Positions 60,287-64,000 of a stretch of 64,000 nucleotides of DNA are shown piece after piece. Position 1 is the first letter of the stretch. The number at the start of each line of letters is the position of its first letter. This DNA is from Candidatus Bathyarchaeota archaeon. Lineage in GTDB: Archaea; Thermoproteota; Bathyarchaeia; 40CM-2-53-6. The translations under genes and the position numbers were made by a program. The DNA is taken from assembly GCA_963783645.1 (NCBI GenBank), contig CAWAOH010000010.1:102013-166012 (forward strand), written 5' to 3'. A model generated the notes under the pieces. The model saw only the letters and a program-made list of their open reading frames with translations. It did not search any database and was not told the origin of the DNA.

Positions 60287-60788
60287 ATGTTAACGACACA
60301 AAAGAAGTATCGAGTTCGCATCCTGAAGATCCTAAAGAAAACCTCGATACCGATAGATGTAGAAAATATCCGAGTACAGGCGAAGATAGGCAACTGGATG
60401 ACTGCGAAAGCAATTTTGATGGAACTCGCAGTGGAAGGATCAGTGACTGCCGAGAAGACTTCGAAATCATGGATATTCCGATTGCGTAGTGAATGTATCC
60501 ATCCATCCTTTGAGGGGGGGGTTGCCAAACATGAAACGCCTCCGTGTACCACATGATGCCCTTCAAACCCTTGATGAGGGTCATGAGTTGGTAGGTGAGT
60601 TCGGAGGTTTTCAAACTCGTGATGGAATACCGATAGCCACGATTCTAGGAAATTGATCGAAAATCGCTCTACCACCATCCATGATCAGAGTGCTTCGTCG
60701 CCTGAAATATGGTGATTGTGTTGGCATTTTCCGAACGGATGACAATGCCAATTCGATTAGACTACGGAGGATCGGGAGAGCAATCTAA
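60287..60788 (+). pseudogene. Winged-helix protein apparently continued by an AbrB/SpoVT-like tail, interrupted at a G8 tract and once more near 60650
   Basis: The 89-aa track ORF (RVRILKILKK...AILMELAVEGSV) ends just after GGGGGGGG at 60514-60521. The next frames read MKRLRVPHDALQTLDEGHELVGEF... and ...ALPPSMIRVLRRLKYGDCVGIFRTDDNANSIRLRRI. Confidence 0.35.
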
Positions 60789-61293
60789 TTGATAATTAGA
60801 CGTGGCCTACATGGCGACCGAGGACTGAAAAGGTGGATAACTGACAAGAACGAAAGGTTAGGAACGACCGCAATCCCTCCCAGGAAAGCAGATGTCCCCG
60901 AAGAATTCTGCTGTGCTACTTCTGGATAGGGCTTCCCTAGATTAGCACATACTGATCGGAGAGGGGAGACATTGAGTCACAGACGGCTAAGTTTTGATGA
61001 ATCGTCACTGTTGATGAAGCAACAGAAGATTCTGTCTGCGTTCAACGAATGTACACGATCGAATCAGCCTCTCGCTTACGTCGGCGATGAAGTGCGATGC
61101 ATCTTAGAGGTTCAATGCCAAAGTACGTAAGACCAAAGCCTTTCAGCTTCTACCCCTATGTCCCATCTTCTCACTGGGTTGATAGGGTCGGTCCTGGATT
61201 CACGAACATTGCAACAGGTTAGAATGGCTGTTGTTCCCTGGCGTAAACATAAATGGTCCTAGGGTTGTCGAAAACGTGAGTCCTCTAAGAATG

Positions 61294-61337
61294 GAGTTTC
61301 TTCATACCTTGGAGCTAGTATTACTATGAAGAAACTC
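61294..61337. repeat. Perfect 13-bp inverted repeat GAGTTTCTTCATA / TATGAAGAAACTC with an 18-nt spacer
   Basis: Read directly from the sequence. It lies in an ORF-poor 1-kb stretch. Confidence 0.8.
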
Positions 61338-61735
61338 TATTCCTCCCAGGGGATCATATGATATCGGACACCTAGATTCTAGACGTTCTGTTTCTTTCAG
61401 GTTTATTTTTGAGCCGAATACCACGTCTTTGGCATGATTTCGAAGGGTGAGTTCAGGGTAGGATTTGGGATAGGAAAGTCGATTGGGTTTCCGATGGGCC
61501 TCCGAGAGCTCCTAGGCCCAGACTCTTGATCGGTTGGGATGAGCAGTTTCCCAGTACTTGTTGTTGTTCATCGGCGGCGGGCTCGTAATGCTGCTAATGC
61601 CATTGGAGCTCAAAATGAAGCGTTTTGGCAACTAATGCGGAGCTCGGAGTACTACTCAGTTCTCGAGTAAACGAGTGGCGTTGACAGCGATTCGTAATCG
61701 CATTCAATCACTTGCTTCTGTATCGAGCTCTGCGA

Positions 61736-62224
61736 TTACTTGGATCGGATCGGATTTCGTTGAAGCTCGCGAGTGATTTGGTCAACAAGCTTGCTTAACG
61801 CCATGACGATCGGCTCGCTCATGCTTTCGCTGAATGTTAGCGTAGGTTCGATGTCGATTGTGAAGATTCTGATCTACGGATGGAATTGCGGATGGTCGAG
61901 TTTCCTGTAAAGTTCGAGGGCAGTTGCGAAATCCGTTATGTGCGGCGGACCGGTCTGTTCGGTTGCTTTGAATTGTTCTGGCGAGAATTCGCGTACTCGC
62001 CCTGCTTTCTCGTTGGTCCGATTCAATTGAATCTACTAGGAAAACTCGATCATATCCTAACATTTCTTCGACGAGCTGTAACCCACCTACACTCAGCTCC
62101 TTGAACTCCAGATCAGTTCTGGTTCCAAGTTTTTCTTTCAGGGTTCTGAGTACATGGATTCCGACGCGTCATCGCCCATTATGGTGTTGCCGACGCCGAG
62201 GAGTAGGGTTATCGTGGGTTGCAC
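61736..62224 (-). pseudogene. [NiFe]-hydrogenase maturation endopeptidase (HycI/FrhD/HoxW family): two frame breaks and one in-frame TAG
   Basis: Hand translation gives ITLLLGVGNTIMGDD / GIHVLRTLKEKLGTRTDLEFKELSVGGLQLVEEMLGYDRVFLVDSI / NRTNEKAGRVREFSPEQFKATEQTGPPHITDFATALELYRKLDHPQFHP, then TAG (61874-61876), then IRIFTIDIEPTLTFSESMSEPIVMAL... Confidence 0.7.
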
Positions 62225-62247
62225 GTCGGCGTAGGGGCTTGATTAGG

Positions 62248-63708
62248 TTATGGTCTTCGTAAGGTTTGGTGTACTTCGCCCTGTTTGTTGTAGATTTTAC
62301 TTCGAGCGGCATTTGGCCTGGTAGGGTGTGGGTGGCGCAGGCGTAGCATGGGTCGTATGCTCTGAACGCCATCTCAACCATGTTCAGGATTCCGTCGGAG
62401 ACGTCGCCGTTCTTGATCAGGCGTTCTGCGGCTTGCTTGATGGACATGCTGATGGCTGCGTGATTGTTGGTGGTTCCACGATTAGGTTGACTGCTTGACC
62501 AATCCTTTCGGGTCGGTCTTGTAGTGATGTATCAGTGTTCCGCGAGGGGCCTCCACGACTCCGACGCCTTCGTCGGGTTTTGCGGTGGGGATTACGCGGA
62601 CGTTCGGGCTTGTGATCTCGGGGTCACGGCTTAGCTCCAGCATCCTCTCGGCGGCGTACATTAATTCCACGAGTCTGGCCCAGTGGGTTGCGAGGGTTGC
62701 GTGGATGGGTTTCTTGCCTAGGGTTTGGTACATTTTCTCGTACTCGGCTTGGGCGAGTGGTGTTGCCATTCCGTCCGCAACGTTAAGTCTAGCTGAGAGG
62801 TGTGGCTCTGTAGATTCCGCTGTTCTTTCCGCCCACTAATCCTCTCCACCCAACCTTCTTCAGGTATGGGTACTTGAGGTAGGTGCATGGTTCTACGTGT
62901 TCTGCGATGTGTTGTTGATATTCGGATCCGGGAACTTGGCGAACTCGTTTCCTTCAGGGTCGACGACTCTGATCTTGCCGTCGTAGAAGTTTACGTGATT
63001 CTTCTCGTCCACGGTGCCCATGTAGTATGTTTCGGTGGAGTATATGTCTCCTGTGATTAGGTTCACGTAGTCCTTGTTCTTCAGAACCAGGTCATCGAAG
63101 AGTTTCAGGGTGAATTGCGCGAACTCTATTTCAGCTTCCGCTATCTTCTCGATCTTGGCTCGTTCGGTTTCCGTGATTGGTTTGCTGACGCCGCCTGGGA
63201 CGCCGCATGTGGGGTGTATGCGTTTTCCACCAATAATGGCTATGGCGTCCATCGCGTCCGATCTGTGTTTGATTACGGATGTTCCGATCTCAAGGCCGAC
63301 TTTACTTATGGCGGCGAGAATGTTCCGGTCTCCTTTCGGGGCTTGTTGGTCCCATTATGAAGTCGGGGCCGGAGAGGATGTAGAAGTGGGTTGTGTGATC
63401 GGCGACGATAGAAGGCGCTGTAGAGGAGTTCTCGGAGCTTCTTGGCGGCTGGTGGTGGGTCTACGTGGAAGACTTGGTCGAGTGCTTTGGTTGAGGCTAG
63501 GTGGTGGGCTTCTGGGCAGACTCCGCATATTCTACTGGTGATGTCTGGTAGTTCCTCTACTGGTCTGCCTTCGCAGAACTTCTCGAAGCCTCTGAGTTCT
63601 GGGACTTGGAAGTAGGCGTTCTCAACGTTGCCTTCGTCGTTGAGGAATATTGAGATCTTTCCGTGTCCCTTCAAGCCTCGTGACTGGGTTTATGGTTACG
63701 GTCTTCAT
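62248..63708 (-). pseudogene. [NiFe]-hydrogenase large subunit (group 3-like), at least 7 frame breaks
   Basis: The fragments tile one protein: MKTVTINPVTRLEG / HGKISIF...RICGVCPEAHH...YSAF / IVADHTTHFYILSGPDF / NILAAISKV...IIGGKRIHP... / EYQQHIAEHVEP... / ARLNVADGMATPLA...EAPRGTLIHHY / ...GTTNNHAAI...DPCYACATH... Confidence 0.85.
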
Positions 63709-64000
63709 TTTTTCGTTCTCCTCATCAATGATCGTGAAAGGCCGAAGCGGTAGAAGGTGCCAATCGGGTCTGGTACCCGTTCCGCGATTTTCGTAATGTC
63801 CTCTTCGTTCTCCGCTTCGAACATTGATGCTAGAGCGGACAGCATCTTGGCGCCTTGATCGAGTGAGTTGGGTAAGGGTCCGTAGCAGCCACGGCAGGGC
63901 ATGTTTGCGTCGAGGCATATGCTTCCGCAGCCGCCTCGTGTCGCTGGGCCCATGCAGATGACTCCTTGCTCCAGCAAACACTTTTCAGGGTCAGGGATTG
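63705..64000 (-). CDS. [NiFe]-hydrogenase small subunit, C-terminal part (gene continues beyond the window)
   Basis: Reads ...CLLEQGVICMGPATRGGCGSICLDANMPCRGCYGP..., typical of group-3 small subunits. Its stop overlaps the large-subunit ATG (ATGA). Confidence 0.75.
   Translation of the reverse strand, partial: IPDPEKCLLEQGVICMGPATRGGCGSICLDANMPCRGCYGPLPNSLDQGAKMLSALASMFEAENEEDITKIAERVPDPIGTFYRFGLSRSLMRRTKK

Noticed and set aside
60872-60881. Candidate attR for the tRNA-Leu element (AATCCCTCCC versus the tRNA 3' AATCCCCTCCCCC).
   Set aside because: The match is only about 10 nt with indels and would leave 900 bp of the ORF-free region outside the element. It is too weak to call.
61874-61876. 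TAG recoding or amber suppression. In-frame TAGs occur in the hydrogenase protease, upstream of the VOC gene (57190-57230) and in a minus-strand ORF at 61500. An alternative register of the tRNA at 8183-8299 would give anticodon CUA.
   Set aside because: TAG is the ordinary stop of many intact, correctly sized genes here, including rpl12, aclB, the OFOR beta subunit, thiL, the C39 peptidase and the TRAM protein. The tRNA has a normal class-I shape with Arg identity elements (A20, G73) and nothing like tRNA-Pyl. The CUA reading requires assuming a sequence error.

Overview
Archaeal chromosome segment of about 48% GC. Archaeal markers are the P0/P1 stalk proteins, Alba, a TRAM protein and a LysW carrier-protein pathway. 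All three tRNA genes appear to carry two introns each and encode their CCA ends. Housekeeping content: rpl1-P0-P1, alaS, leuS, an isolated rpl3, glnA, a DEAD-box helicase, thiL and gpmA. Metabolic modules: (1) a reductive-TCA set with icd-aclB-aclA (ATP-citrate lyase), a two-subunit 2-oxoacid:ferredoxin oxidoreductase and aconitase; (2) an aldolase plus PfkA-type phosphofructokinase pair; (3) a colinear argG-lysW-lysX-lysY-lysZ-lysJ-lysK-argH cluster; (4) a LivHMGF plus binding-protein ABC transporter; (5) a decayed group-3 [NiFe]-hydrogenase operon at the right edge. Accessory DNA: an island on the 3' side of tRNA-Thr (48.8-52.1 kb) holding a 430-bp MITE-like element with a TnpB relic, and an integrase-bearing element next to tRNA-Leu (57.8-61.7 kb). 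Most striking are the many single-base reading-frame breaks, strongly clustered in leuS, the lys/arg cluster, both islands and the hydrogenase, and several truncated gene relics in intergenic space. No rRNA or CRISPR array was seen. I found no convincing new multi-gene system; the most unusual items are the tRNA intron architecture, the MITE/TnpB relic, the archaeal ACL module and the pattern of gene decay.
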